From a bacterium (GTDB lineage Bacteria; Electryoneota; Electryoneia; Electryoneales; Electryoneaceae), in assembly GCA_963675295.2 (NCBI GenBank), contig CAXXKJ010000002.1:3968001-4032000 (forward strand): a DNA stretch of 64,000 nt, read 5' to 3'. Both the position numbers and the translations under genes were made by a program. The stretch's first letter is position 1. Each line of letters opens with the position of its first letter. The notes beneath the pieces were generated by a model. It saw only the letters and a program-made list of their open reading frames with translations, was not told the origin of the DNA and made no database searches. Below, in pieces: positions 50,144 through 61,064 of this stretch.

Positions 50144-50584
50144 TTGTTGAAGATGCTCGCCCGTACCGGCACGGGTTCTGGCGGATCGAACGCCTGGGTG
50201 TTGCAGCGGATTTCGGGGTTATTTCTGGTCATTGCCCTGTTCCTGCACTACCTGTTCCTGCACTTTCTCAACGGTGGCGATGTAACGTGGGGTGAAGTCA
50301 CCACCCGTCTCGCGTCGCCCTTGTTCAAAACCATCGACCTCGTGTTCCTCGTTTCGGTGTTGTTCCACGCCGGGCAGGGGTTGGTGATCAACATTCATGA
50401 CTACGTGCATCGTCCCGCCCCGCGGGTGGTCCTCGTCAGCCTTGCGTGGCTGCTGATGATCGTGCTGCTGATCACGGGCACGGTGACGATTGTAACCCTG
50501 GAACCGGGTTTCCTTCAGGAGATGCAGATGGGACAGGCTGCCGGCGTGATTGACGCGATTCAGTCCCAGGGGGTGGCGTTATGA
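50144..50584 (+). CDS. sdhD: Succinate dehydrogenase membrane anchor
   Basis: WVLQRISG and FHAGQG...IHDY motifs. Confidence 0.87.
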   Translation: MLKMLARTGTGSGGSNAWVLQRISGLFLVIALFLHYLFLHFLNGGDVTWGEVTTRLASPLFKTIDLVFLVSVLFHAGQGLVINIHDYVHRPAPRVVLVSLAWLLMIVLLITGTVTIVTLEPGFLQEMQMGQAAGVIDAIQSQGVAL

Positions 50585-52326
50585 TCCACCGACATGATGT
50601 GATTATCGTCGGCGCCGGCCTCGCCGGTTCCCGCGCAGCGGTGGAAATCGGCCAGGTGGCGGATGTCGCGGTGTTGTCGAAGGTGTATCCGAGCCGGTCG
50701 CACTCCGGCGCGGCGCAGGGCGGCATCGCCGCCAGCCTCGCGAACATTTCGAAGACGGACCGCTGGGAATATCATATGTTCGATACCGTCAAGGGGTCGG
50801 ACTACCTTGGCGACCAGGACGCGATCGAGATGATGGTGCGTGAAGCCCCGGAAACCGTCATCGAGATGGAACACTGGGGTTGCCCCTTCAGCCGCACGGC
50901 AGAGGGCAAGATCGCCCAGCGCAAGTTCGGTGGGCACACGCTCGAGTTCGGTAAGGAAGCGTCGTTGCGTGCGTGCTATTCGGCGGACTACACAGGTCAC
51001 GTTCTGCTGCACACTCTGCATGAACAGTGCCTCAAGCACAACGTCAATTTCTACTCTGAATTCCAGGTGCTGAGCCTGATCTTCCGGGACAACCGTGCTA
51101 TCGGTGTTGTCGCGCTGGATATGGTGCATGGCGGCCTGCACACCTTCTACGGCCGCGCGGTAATGTTCGGTATGGGCGGATACGGTCGTGCGTTCAGCAT
51201 CACTTCGAACGCGCACGCGAACACCGGCGACGGTCTCGCGTTGGTCAGTCGTGTCGGCCTGCCGGTCCAGGACATGGAGTTTGTCCAGTTCCACCCGACC
51301 GGCTTGTGGAAGAGCGGCATTCTGGTGACGGAAGGCGCGCGTGGTGAAGGCGGTTACCTGCTGAACAACGAGAAGCGCCGGTTCATGGAAGATTACGCGC
51401 CGACGTTGATGGAGCTCGCCCCGCGTGACATGGTTGCTCGCGCGATGCAGCAGGAAATTGACGAAGGACGCGGCATCAACGGTGAGGATAAGATCTTCAT
51501 CGACGTTACGCACCTCGGCGAAGCGAAGCTGATGGAACGTCTGCCGCAGATTACCGAGCTGGCGATGAACTTCGCGGGTGTCGATCCGCGTGTCGAACCG
51601 ATCCCGATCCAGCCGACCGCGCACTACAGCATGGGCGGCATTCCGGCGAACCCGAACACGCGTGTCACGTTCGACGAGCAGCGCACCGAAACGATCGGCT
51701 TCTACGCCGCCGGGGAATGTTCCTGCATCAGTGTGCACGGTGCCAACCGTCTCGGCACCAACAGCCTGTTGGAAGCGTTGCTGTTCGGCCGTCGTTCCGG
51801 CAAGCAGATCGTGGAAGACCTGCCGCATCTTGAATTCCCGACCCTGCCTGCGGACTACGAAGACGCCGCCAGAAAAGAAATCGACCACTTCAAGAACGTG
51901 TCCGGCAAGGAAAAAGTCGGCACGATCCGCAAGGAGCTGCAGGAAACGATGATGCTCGACTGCGGTGTGTTCCGCACCGAAAAGCAGCTCGTCAGCCAAA
52001 AGGCGAAGATCCAGGAACTGGAAGAGCGCTTCAAGCACATCACCGTGGACGACAAGTCCGAGCAGTTCAACACCGACCTGCTCGAGGCGATTGAGCTCGG
52101 CCACCTGCTCGAGTTCAGCGGCGCGATTGTGGAAGGAGCGTTGGCGCGCCAGGAAAGCCGTGGCGGCCACTACCGCAAGGACTTCCCGAAGCGTGACGAC
52201 GTGAAGTTCCTCAAGCACACGCTGGCGTGGCGCAAGGGCGCGAACTGGGAGCTAACCTTCGACAAGCCGGTGATGCTGGAAGGCGTGACCCACAAGGGCT
52301 TCGAGCCGATGGAGCGGAAGTATTAA
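50581..52326 (+). CDS. sdhA: Succinate dehydrogenase flavoprotein subunit
   Basis: [29 protein letters not shown] and RQESRGGH motifs. Confidence 0.95.
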   Translation: MIHRHDVIIVGAGLAGSRAAVEIGQVADVAVLSKVYPSRSHSGAAQGGIAASLANISKTDRWEYHMFDTVKGSDYLGDQDAIEMMVREAPETVIEMEHWGCPFSRTAEGKIAQRKFGGHTLEFGKEASLRACYSADYTGHVLLHTLHEQCLKHNVNFYSEFQVLSLIFRDNRAIGVVALDMVHGGLHTFYGRAVMFGMGGYGRAFSITSNAHANTGDGLALVSRVGLPVQDMEFVQFHPTGLWKSGILVTEGARGEGGYLLNNEKRRFMEDYAPTLMELAPRDMVARAMQQEIDEGRGINGEDKIFIDVTHLGEAKLMERLPQITELAMNFAGVDPRVEPIPIQPTAHYSMGGIPANPNTRVTFDEQRTETIGFYAAGECSCISVHGANRLGTNSLLEALLFGRRSGKQIVEDLPHLEFPTLPADYEDAARKEIDHFKNVSGKEKVGTIRKELQETMMLDCGVFRTEKQLVSQKAKIQELEERFKHITVDDKSEQFNTDLLEAIELGHLLEFSGAIVEGALARQESRGGHYRKDFPKRDDVKFLKHTLAWRKGANWELTFDKPVMLEGVTHKGFEPMERKY

Positions 52327-52406
52327 ACACAGCCGTGAGCGATGAGCTCTGAGTTGTGAGTAACAGACATGCACCACCACCTGAGACGAAAGGCGGTGAG
52401 GACGAT

Positions 52407-53108
52407 ATGCCAAAGCGTACGTTCAAGATTTTCCGGTTCAACCCGGAGACAGACAGCAAGCCATCCTACAAGACTTACGACATTGAGTGTGAGGATTGGT
52501 GGACGGTTCTTGACGCACTGAACGAGATCAAGTGGTTTGTCGACGGGACGGTGACGTATCGCCGCTCCTGCCGTCACGGGATCTGCGGTTCATGCGCGAT
52601 GATGATCAACGGGAAGAACGACCTCGCCTGCGAGCTGCAGATCAAGACGCTCAAGGGCACGATCACCGTCGATCCGTTGCCGGGCTTCGAAATTTACCGT
52701 GACCTCGCGGTGAATATGGAACCGTTCTACGCGGCTCTTAAACGGGTGAAGCCGTGGCTGATCAACGATGATCCGTACCCGTCCAAGGAACGCATCCAGT
52801 CGCCGGAAGAGTTCAAGCTGATGGGCGACAGCATCGCCTGCATCCTGTGTGCGGCGTGCACCAGCTCGTGCCCGAGCTTCTGGTCGGACGAACAATACCT
52901 CGGCCCGGCGGCACTGCTGAAAGCCTACCGGTACACGTTCGACACGCGTGACAAGGGCCTCGGCGACCGGATCGATGCGCTGGACAACAAACACGGTCTC
53001 TGGCGCTGCCACAAGATCACGAACTGCTACCACGCGTGCCCGAAACACCTCAACCCGACCGAGCAGATCTCGAAGCTGCAACGCCGGATCATTGAGGAGA
53101 AGATGTAA
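52407..53108 (+). CDS. sdhB: Succinate dehydrogenase iron-sulfur subunit
   Basis: SCRHGICGSC, CILCAACTSSCP and CHKITNCYHACP. Confidence 0.95.
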   Translation: MPKRTFKIFRFNPETDSKPSYKTYDIECEDWWTVLDALNEIKWFVDGTVTYRRSCRHGICGSCAMMINGKNDLACELQIKTLKGTITVDPLPGFEIYRDLAVNMEPFYAALKRVKPWLINDDPYPSKERIQSPEEFKLMGDSIACILCAACTSSCPSFWSDEQYLGPAALLKAYRYTFDTRDKGLGDRIDALDNKHGLWRCHKITNCYHACPKHLNPTEQISKLQRRIIEEKM

Positions 53109-53169
53109 CGCGGATTCGCTGCGCTGCAAGCTGGATTGAGCAGCCGATCGTGAGATACCAACAACCCTC

Positions 53170-53200
53170 AGCGGGATGGTCGCAAGACTGTCCCGCTTTT
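53170..53200 (+). terminator. Intrinsic terminator after sdh operon
   Basis: AGCGGGATGGTC-GCAA-GACTGTCCCGCT-TTT. Confidence 0.8.
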
Positions 53201-53361
53201 CTGTTGCTGGACTCAGGTCATGTGTCAGAAAATGAATTTGACTAATAGTCAGACGATGGTTGTTCATGTATCATGGAGTGGTTAAACTGTGTTTCATACA
53301 CAATCACACTGGACACCCGCCTGTTTCGCGGGGATGAGTATCGACACCGTGGGGGAAAACG

Positions 53362-55746
53362 ATGCGCATCCGTGACCTGCTGTATCACGCCTGTTTGTTG
53401 ACCGTTTCAGCTTTGCTGTTCACCCATCTCGCCACCGCTCAGCCGGAGTGGCCAGCAACGGTTATTGAAAGCGGATTTGTCCCGATAAACTGCCAGTCGT
53501 TTGACGCTGACGGAGTAGGATCGGACGATGTGGTCTATCTCAACGCCTGCACCGGTTCGGTCGAAAGCTACCACTGGCATGAAGGCCAATGGACACAGAG
53601 TACGCTCTGTCAACAGGATGCTATCGCCTGCAGTATGGTATCGGGCGATCTGGACAGTGACGGCGACATGGATCTTGTCGTCTGCGACAACTATTACGGC
53701 CTGTTCTGGTTGGAACGGGATGGCGACGATTGGATTCAGCATTTCATCGTCGAGCAGTTCTGGTACAACGCCAGACTGTCCATCTTTGACATGGATGGCG
53801 ACGGCGATGCGGATATCTGCGTTTACCGGCAGAACGAGTGTATGTTCGAGTGGTGGTCGAATGAGCTGCCGGAATGGACACTTTACGACATCGGGCAACC
53901 GCCATTGGCACCACATTTCTTTACAACTGACGATCTCGACAATGACGGGGACGGTGACATTGTCATTTCGGAGCAATCATCCAATTACTGGATGGAGCAG
54001 ACTGTTGACGGATGGGACTACCACGACATTACGGTTACGTTCGAGAAAGGTGCGGTAGCCACGGGTGACCTCAACAGCGACGGCTGGGTCGATCTCGTCA
54101 TGCTCGCGAATAATTCAGCACTCTGCTGGTTTGAAAACACCCAAGTTGGCTGGGAAATGCACGGTCTGGACTTTGAAGCTACCCTTCTGAAACAACTGCA
54201 GACAATCGACCTTGACGCGGACGGAGACCTCGACATCGTTGCCGGGCAGCGGTATCAGAGTATGAATGTACTCTGGTTCGAGAACGACGGCTCAGGCGAA
54301 TTCACAATTCACTATATCGTCGCCGGATTTGACGATTTCAACTCGTTTTCTGCCGGTGATGTAAACGATGACGGATTCCTCGATATAGCGGTAGCGTCCA
54401 ACGATAATGGATTGGTCTGTTACCTGAGTGACGGCTTGACCTCGTGGAACCGTACCGATGTTCGCCGCAGTTATGCAGGTTCGACCGTGCTCGCCAGTGC
54501 TGATTTCGACGGCGACGGTGCTGTGGAATTTGTTTCCAATTACGGTCAAGTAGAGCTTGGCGAGTGGAATCCTGAAGGTGACGAATGGACCTACACGATA
54601 ATCGCGGACGGTGACTACGCAATGTCCATCGGTTTTATTCAAGGCGACTTCAACCTGAATGGCGTACAAGATGTCCTCACTGCCGAGTTTGGTATCAGAC
54701 CACTTCGTTGCTGGGAAATCGTTGATGAAGAGTGGACGACAGTCCTGACAATCAATACGGATCTATACTGGATCGAGACAATCCAAGCCGCTGATCTAGA
54801 CAACGACGGCGAGACCGATTTGGTAGCGGGAGGATATAACGGCCTGTCCTGGTTTGAATACCGGTATGGTGTCTTCGTTGAACATCGGATTGTTGATGAG
54901 TATGACTACTGGATCGAAGACATCGCCACTGCGGATGTCGACGAAGATGGGAACTTGAATCTGATCACGATTCAGTACGAGGGCGATTTGCGGATCTGGA
55001 CGCTCGAGGATGACGTATGGTCGTCGGATATCATTGGGTACACGGGCGCGCAGGGGGCCACCGTGATCGCCGGTAATTTCGATGCTGACAACGATATCGA
55101 GCTGCTGACCGGTTCAGTCGAATCGGTGCTGCTGTGGAACCAGCGGTCTGATGGATCATGGGCCTCACATCCGGCGTTCGATGGAGTAGAAAGCGCATCG
55201 GATTTCGACATGACCGATCTGGACGGTGACGGCTGGCAGGATATCGTCGTGACGGGTGCGGGTAGCGTGTACCGGGCAGAACAGAACGCAAACGGCTGGT
55301 CGGCGTCGGAACAAGTCTATCATACGATTTCGGGTGGAGCGATCAAATCGGCGGTCGCCGATGTCGATAACGACAGCGACAACGATATAATTACGGCTTA
55401 TAACCTTTATGGTTTAGTGTGGCTGGAAAATATGGGCGATACGTTCGTCGCGCATAAACCAGCGACTTCGACGCTGCCACACACATCGGTGCTGTATCCG
55501 TGCCATCCGAATCCGTTCAACCCGACAACGCAACTAACGCTCGCGTTGCCCAGTCCAGGGCATGCGTCGCTGGTGGTCTACGATGCGACCGGGCGTGAAG
55601 TGGTGTGTCTGCTGGACGGCGAGCTGTCCGCTGGAACCCACCGTGCGATGTTTGACGGGACCGGGCTGGCGTCCGGTGTCTACTTCGCCACGCTAACCGG
55701 CCCGGACGCTCAGGTCCAGACGCAGAAACTGGTGCTGGTGAAATGA
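53362..55746 (+). CDS. Secreted FG-GAP/VCBS-repeat protein with C-terminal sorting (T9SS type A-like) domain, paralog 1
   Basis: Signal peptide, many D.D.DGD.D repeats, PNPFNP...SGVYF...KLVLVK. Confidence 0.88.
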   Translation: MRIRDLLYHACLLTVSALLFTHLATAQPEWPATVIESGFVPINCQSFDADGVGSDDVVYLNACTGSVESYHWHEGQWTQSTLCQQDAIACSMVSGDLDSDGDMDLVVCDNYYGLFWLERDGDDWIQHFIVEQFWYNARLSIFDMDGDGDADICVYRQNECMFEWWSNELPEWTLYDIGQPPLAPHFFTTDDLDNDGDGDIVISEQSSNYWMEQTVDGWDYHDITVTFEKGAVATGDLNSDGWVDLVMLANNSALCWFENTQVGWEMHGLDFEATLLKQLQTIDLDADGDLDIVAGQRYQSMNVLWFENDGSGEFTIHYIVAGFDDFNSFSAGDVNDDGFLDIAVASNDNGLVCYLSDGLTSWNRTDVRRSYAGSTVLASADFDGDGAVEFVSNYGQVELGEWNPEGDEWTYTIIADGDYAMSIGFIQGDFNLNGVQDVLTAEFGIRPLRCWEIVDEEWTTVLTINTDLYWIETIQAADLDNDGETDLVAGGYNGLSWFEYRYGVFVEHRIVDEYDYWIEDIATADVDEDGNLNLITIQYEGDLRIWTLEDDVWSSDIIGYTGAQGATVIAGNFDADNDIELLTGSVESVLLWNQRSDGSWASHPAFDGVESASDFDMTDLDGDGWQDIVVTGAGSVYRAEQNANGWSASEQVYHTISGGAIKSAVADVDNDSDNDIITAYNLYGLVWLENMGDTFVAHKPATSTLPHTSVLYPCHPNPFNPTTQLTLALPSPGHASLVVYDATGREVVCLLDGELSAGTHRAMFDGTGLASGVYFATLTGPDAQVQTQKLVLVK

Positions 55747-55846
55747 GTCGTGATCAGAATCTGTTCGACCAGACGTATTCATTGCTGATGAATCGTGTAT
55801 TCCCGCCATTTCGCGGGGATGAGTATCGACACCGTGGGGGAAAACG

Positions 55847-58228
55847 ATGCGCATCCGTGACCTGCTTTATCCCGCCGTTTTGTTGACCATCGTCGTACTG
55901 CCGTTCACCCATCTCGCCACCGCTCAGCCGGAGTGGCCTCATCACCTGGTGCAGGACAGTTTCACACCGGAGGAGGTCGTTTCGTTTGATTGTGATGGAG
56001 ACGGGACTGACGAAATCTTCTCGATCGAGGCGAGTGACGGCTCCATCTATCAGTTTTCGTGGAATGGCGGCAACTGGACGCAGGAAACCATTTTCGCTCC
56101 GCACGGGTCTGGTTGGGACCTGACAGCCGCCGACATGGATCAGGATGGTGACCAGGACCTCGTTGTCTCCGACTTTGAGCTGGGTTTGTACTGGCTCGAG
56201 CAGGGCACGGATGGGTGGCCGCAACACGAAATCGGTGAACTGCCTGAGGGTCTCCCATACATCCGCACCGGAGATCTCGACCACGATGGCGATCGGGATG
56301 TGTTGATCTATCCGCGGTACCAATCGCAGCTCGCTTGGTGGGAAAACGACCTGGACGGTTGGACACAACACTCCATCGTGACGGACTACAACTGGATTGA
56401 TGACGCAACAACGGGCGACATGGACAATGACGGCGATGAGGATGTCGTCGTCGCGTACATTGAAGGTCTGTCGTGGTTGGAAAAGGATGGCGACGATTGG
56501 ATCGAGCACGATACCGGGCTCACCTACGGAGACAGACCCGTGGCCACTGGCGATTTCAACGGCGACGGGTTATTGGATATCATTGCCGGAGGACCGAATT
56601 TTGAGCTGCTCCTGATCCTGCAGACCGCGAACAGCTGGACATCGTCTTCGCTCAATTATTCAACGCAGAGTATCAGGACGCTTGGCGTTGACGACCTCGA
56701 CATGGACGGCGATCTCGACTTCTACCTTGGCTGGGAGGGAAATCCGGCACATTTGAGCTATTACGTAAACGACGGCGCCGCCAATTTTAATGCCTGGCCG
56801 GTGACCTACGACCTGAAGGGGTTGAACTCAGCTGTCGCCAGCGATGTCAACGGCGACGGGTTCCTCGATTTCACCACGGTTTCCGAGGTTGAAGGGGTTG
56901 ACTGTTTCCTCAGCGAAGAGTTGTTTGTGTGGGAACATACGGATGCCCGTCCCGGGTACGGCGGATCGACACGGATCGCGGTGGCGGATTTCCGAGGGAC
57001 TGGCCAGCTTGATATCATCGGGGACTTCGGAGCCGTCGAGCTTCGCTGCTGGAGTGACAACGGGCAGCAATGGGTCGCCGACACCGTTGCTGCGGGTGAG
57101 TATAGTGATGAATACGATCTCGCAGGGATTGACGTCGACCAGGATGGAAAATCCGAGCTGGTCAGCGCGGAGTTTAGCAGCTTTGATCTCAACTGCTGGG
57201 AGTATGACGGGGATTCATGGAGCTGGCTCTTCTCGATCGATCCGGATCAAATCTTTATCTCGGCCATCGAGGTCGCGGATCTTGATCAGGATGGGGATTC
57301 CGATATTCTGACCGGAAGCTATGAAGGCTTGGTCTGGTGCGAGAACCAGTTCGGCTTCTTTTCCCCGCAGTGGATCTGGAACGAAGACATGTCCCATGTG
57401 CTGGCTATTGCCGCCGCAGACATGAACAGCAACGGCCGGCTGGATCCGATCACGATCCGTAACAATGGTGAAATGGACATTTGGTTCAATATCGAGGATA
57501 CCTGGTACTGGCAGGTTGTCGGCTTAACGGATGGCGCGGCACAGGCAATTCTGCCGGTGAATACCGATACCGATCCCGAACTCGAACTCATCACGGCCAC
57601 GCTCTCTCAGCTTTTGCTGTGGGACAAGCAACCGGACCAGAGCTGGGAATCCAGTGACAGCTTCGCCGGACTTGACAACGCCAGGGACCTCGACGCGGCG
57701 GACATCGATGGGGACGAGTGGACGGACATTCTGATCACCCTTTCGGATTGCCTTGTCTGGGCTGAACAGACGCAGAGCGGAGACTGGATAAACCGGACTG
57801 TGTATGAGCCACCGTTCGGAGGGCTCGAGGAATCGGAGCTGATCGACATGGATCAGGACGGGGACATCGATATTGCCTCGGCAGGACAATTGAATGATCT
57901 GTTCTGGCTGGAAAACACGGGAAACCTGTTCGTCGCGCATGAACCGGCGGTATCGCTGCCACACACATCCGTGCTGTATCCGTGCCATCCGAATCCGTTC
58001 AACCCCGCGACACAGTTGACGTTCGCGTTGCCGAGTCCAGGGCATGCGACGCTGGTGGTCTACGATGCGACCGGGCGTGAAGTGGTGTGTCTGCTGGATG
58101 GCGAACTGTCCGCCGGAACCTACCGTGCGATGTTTGACGGGACCGGCCTGGCGTCCGGCGTCTACTTCGCCACGCTAACCGGCCCGGACGCTCAGGTCCA
58201 GACGCAGAAACTGGTGCTGGTGAAGTAG
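55847..58228 (+). CDS. Secreted FG-GAP/VCBS-repeat protein with C-terminal sorting domain, paralog 2
   Basis: Same architecture and length (793 vs 794 aa) as paralog 1. Confidence 0.88.
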   Translation: MRIRDLLYPAVLLTIVVLPFTHLATAQPEWPHHLVQDSFTPEEVVSFDCDGDGTDEIFSIEASDGSIYQFSWNGGNWTQETIFAPHGSGWDLTAADMDQDGDQDLVVSDFELGLYWLEQGTDGWPQHEIGELPEGLPYIRTGDLDHDGDRDVLIYPRYQSQLAWWENDLDGWTQHSIVTDYNWIDDATTGDMDNDGDEDVVVAYIEGLSWLEKDGDDWIEHDTGLTYGDRPVATGDFNGDGLLDIIAGGPNFELLLILQTANSWTSSSLNYSTQSIRTLGVDDLDMDGDLDFYLGWEGNPAHLSYYVNDGAANFNAWPVTYDLKGLNSAVASDVNGDGFLDFTTVSEVEGVDCFLSEELFVWEHTDARPGYGGSTRIAVADFRGTGQLDIIGDFGAVELRCWSDNGQQWVADTVAAGEYSDEYDLAGIDVDQDGKSELVSAEFSSFDLNCWEYDGDSWSWLFSIDPDQIFISAIEVADLDQDGDSDILTGSYEGLVWCENQFGFFSPQWIWNEDMSHVLAIAAADMNSNGRLDPITIRNNGEMDIWFNIEDTWYWQVVGLTDGAAQAILPVNTDTDPELELITATLSQLLLWDKQPDQSWESSDSFAGLDNARDLDAADIDGDEWTDILITLSDCLVWAEQTQSGDWINRTVYEPPFGGLEESELIDMDQDGDIDIASAGQLNDLFWLENTGNLFVAHEPAVSLPHTSVLYPCHPNPFNPATQLTFALPSPGHATLVVYDATGREVVCLLDGELSAGTYRAMFDGTGLASGVYFATLTGPDAQVQTQKLVLVK

Positions 58229-58271
58229 TCCGCTGAAGCCGGCTGGCCAGTAGGTATGATTCATCCGCTTA

Positions 58272-58297
58272 TTACCACGGACTAAAGTCCGTGGTAA
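58272..58297. repeat. Palindromic repeat family C
   Basis: TTACCACGGACT-AA-AGTCCGTGGTAA. Confidence 0.8.
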
Positions 58298-58355
58298 GCT
58301 GTATCAGATGGCCGTACCAGATGGGTGTACCTGATAGGTATCGACCGAATTCGAG

Positions 58356-58386
58356 GCCGTCTCCCCGCGCGGGAGGCGGCGTTTTT
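58356..58386 (+). terminator. Intrinsic terminator
   Basis: GCCGTCTCCC-CGCGC-GGGAGGCGGC-GTTTTT. Confidence 0.65.
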
Positions 58387-58465
58387 GTATCTTCGTGCAG
58401 GTTGAAGCATCCAACCACGGCAACACCTTCGACGACGACAAACACACACCACATACCGGGGACCT

Positions 58466-59104
58466 ATGAACGAGGCGGGACGGCGTTGGCTGAAGGTTCC
58501 GGCGGCGGATTATGACAGCCACATGGGGCTGGACTCGGTCGGGCAGACGCAGGAGTTGAGCCGCATCTTCGCGGACTTGTTGCAGCAGTTTCCGCCGAAG
58601 AAGGGGATTGCGGTGCTTGGTTGTGCGACCGGGAACGGGTTCGAACACATCCCCAACGACAAGATGGTGCGTGTGGTCGGTGTGGACGTCAACCTCAACT
58701 ACCTGCACCTGTTGAAGGAACGGCACGGCGAACGGTTGCGTTGGCTGGAGACGCAATGCTGCGATGTGCTGCGCTGCCAGTTCCCGGATCAGGGGTTCGA
58801 CCACATCCACGCCGCGTTGCTGTTCGAATATGTCGACCCGAAGGCGGTGCTTGAAAAGGTCCGGCCATGGCTGACGGATGATGGTGTGCTCAGTGTCGTG
58901 TTGCAGCACCCGAGTAAAGCGGTCGGCACAGTCAGCGACTCGCCGTTCCCCGGCGTCAAGATCCTGCACGATGTGATCACACTCGTCCCCCCCGATGAGT
59001 TTATCCGATTGGCGGAAGGGGTTGGGCTAACCGTGCAGTCGCGGGAACATGTTCCGTTGCCGCAGGGAAAAGCGTTCGAGGTGCTGGTGTTCAAGCCAGC
59101 ATGA
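58466..59104 (+). CDS. Class I SAM-dependent methyltransferase
   Basis: AVLGCATGNG motif I, VVGVDVN, FDHIHAALLFEYVD. Confidence 0.85.
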   Translation: MNEAGRRWLKVPAADYDSHMGLDSVGQTQELSRIFADLLQQFPPKKGIAVLGCATGNGFEHIPNDKMVRVVGVDVNLNYLHLLKERHGERLRWLETQCCDVLRCQFPDQGFDHIHAALLFEYVDPKAVLEKVRPWLTDDGVLSVVLQHPSKAVGTVSDSPFPGVKILHDVITLVPPDEFIRLAEGVGLTVQSREHVPLPQGKAFEVLVFKPA

Positions 59105-59198
59105 ACTGGGAGACCGGTGTGATTCATCCGCCGGAGCGCCCCGATCCTGCTTGCCTCTTCCCCGCTCCGGCAGTAGGTTGCATGATCCCGTCATGTAC

Positions 59199-59313
59199 GG
59201 GACACTTTGTCCCTAAAGTGTCCCATGCCGGGTTCAGCGGGGAGATATTCTCGAGTAAGTGTCCCGTGACTAGTTCACCGGGGACACTTGTCGGAGCAAG
59301 TGTCCCCGGTGAA
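59199..59313 (-). repeat. REP cluster (A...B on minus strand)
   Basis: B-like GGGACACTTTGTCCCTAAAGTGTCCC (59199-59224), degenerate copy near 59239-59265, A-like GGGGACACTTGTCGGAGCAAGTGTCCCC (59280-59307). Confidence 0.85.
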
Positions 59314-59357
59314 TACATCCCAGTTCACTCGTCGTTCATCAGGGAGGAAACGCCGCC

Positions 59358-60968
59358 GTGTTCCGCATCCCATCGTCCGTGCAGACCAACGATCCCGAGT
59401 TCAAGACCAATGTCGAGCATCACAAGCGTCTCGAAGGTGAGTATCTCGAGCTGTACGAGCGCATCAAGGCGGGCGGTCCGCCGAAGTATGTGGAACGGCA
59501 CAAGTCGCGTGGCAAGCTGACGGCGCGGGAACGGATCGACGCGTTGATCGATGAGGACACGCCGTTCCTCGAACTGTCGGCGCTGGCGGCGTACGGGATG
59601 TACAACGACGAGGCGCCGGGCGCGGGTGTGGTCACCGGTGTTGGTATCGTGCATGGCCAGGAGGTGGTGATTGTCGCCAATGACGCGACGGTCAAGGGCG
59701 GCACGTACTTCCCTATGACGATCAAGAAGCACCTGCGCGCGCAGCAGGTCGCGTTGGAGAACAACCTGCCGTGTGTTTATCTCGTTGACAGCGGCGGCAT
59801 CTTCCTGCCGGAACAGGCGGGCACCTTCCCCGATCAGGAACACTTCGGCCGCATTTTCTACAACCAGGCGTTGATGAGTCGGCTCGGGATTCCGCAGTTC
59901 TCGTGCGTGATGGGCTCTTGTACCGCCGGCGGGGCGTATGTCCCGGCGATGAGCGACGAAACGGTGATCGTCAAGGAACAGGGCACAATTTTTATCGGCG
60001 GGCCACCGCTGGTGAAGGCGGCAACCGGCGTCGAGACGACCCCGGAAGAGCTCGGTGGCGCGGATGTCCACACCCGCATCTCGGGTGTCTCCGACCACTT
60101 CGCGGAGAATGACGAACACGCGCTCAAGATCCTGCGCAACATTCTGGAAAATGTCGGCCCGCGTCCGAAGTTTAATATCGAACGTGTCGCGCCGGAGGAC
60201 CCGTATTACGATCCAGAAGAGCTTTACGGCATTGTCCCGGCGGATCTGAAGAAACCGTATGACGTCAGGGAAATCATCGCGCGTGTCGTGGACGGGTCCA
60301 GGTTCCACGAGTTCAAAACGCGCTACGGCAACACGTTGATCACCGGATTCGCCCGTCTGATGGGCTACCCGGTCGGGATCGTGGCGAACAATGGCGTCCT
60401 GTTCAGCGAATCTTCCAAGAAGGGCGCGCATTTCGTGACTCTGTGCGCGAAACGCAAGATCCCGCTGCTCTTCCTGCAGAACATCACCGGCTTCATGGTC
60501 GGCGTCGAATACGAACACGGCGCGATCGCGTCGGATGGCGCGAAGATGGTCCACGCCGTCGCGAACGCGGACGTGCCCAAGTTCACCCTCGTTGTCGGCG
60601 GTAGCTATGGCGCGGGCAACTACGCCATGTGCGGACGCGGCTACTTCCCGCGGCTGATGTGGATGTGGCCGAACGCGCGGATCTCGGTGATGGGCGGCGA
60701 GCAGGCGGCGAATGTGTTGACACAGGTGAAACAGGACCAGCTTGCGGCCAAGGGTGCGGACGCGTTGACCGAGGAGCAGGTCGCGCAGATGCAGGCTCCG
60801 ATCCTCGAGAAGTATGAGCGCGAAGGGCATCCGTTCTATGCGACCGCGCGGATCTGGGACGATGGCATCCTGACCATGCGTGATTCACGGATCGCGTTGG
60901 CACTGGCGCTCGAGATGAGCCTTAACAAGCCGATTCCGGACATGCAGATGGGCATTTTCCGGATGTAA
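59358..60968 (+). CDS. liuB: Methylcrotonyl-CoA carboxylase beta (carboxyltransferase) subunit
   Basis: [41 protein letters not shown] and ARIWDDG motifs. Confidence 0.88.
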   Translation: MFRIPSSVQTNDPEFKTNVEHHKRLEGEYLELYERIKAGGPPKYVERHKSRGKLTARERIDALIDEDTPFLELSALAAYGMYNDEAPGAGVVTGVGIVHGQEVVIVANDATVKGGTYFPMTIKKHLRAQQVALENNLPCVYLVDSGGIFLPEQAGTFPDQEHFGRIFYNQALMSRLGIPQFSCVMGSCTAGGAYVPAMSDETVIVKEQGTIFIGGPPLVKAATGVETTPEELGGADVHTRISGVSDHFAENDEHALKILRNILENVGPRPKFNIERVAPEDPYYDPEELYGIVPADLKKPYDVREIIARVVDGSRFHEFKTRYGNTLITGFARLMGYPVGIVANNGVLFSESSKKGAHFVTLCAKRKIPLLFLQNITGFMVGVEYEHGAIASDGAKMVHAVANADVPKFTLVVGGSYGAGNYAMCGRGYFPRLMWMWPNARISVMGGEQAANVLTQVKQDQLAAKGADALTEEQVAQMQAPILEKYEREGHPFYATARIWDDGILTMRDSRIALALALEMSLNKPIPDMQMGIFRM

Positions 60969-61064
60969 TTGGCGGAGGTTTCTGTAACCGGTTTGCGAAC
61001 GGCCAAGTCTCATCTATATTAAAGGTGAGACTTGTTTGTTGACTGCTTGCTCGGAGAAGCCTTC

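Noticed and set aside
53362-58228. Diversity-generating retroelement template/variable repeat pair
   Set aside because: Differences between the similar 3' blocks are mostly synonymous and not adenine-specific, and no reverse transcriptase is in the window
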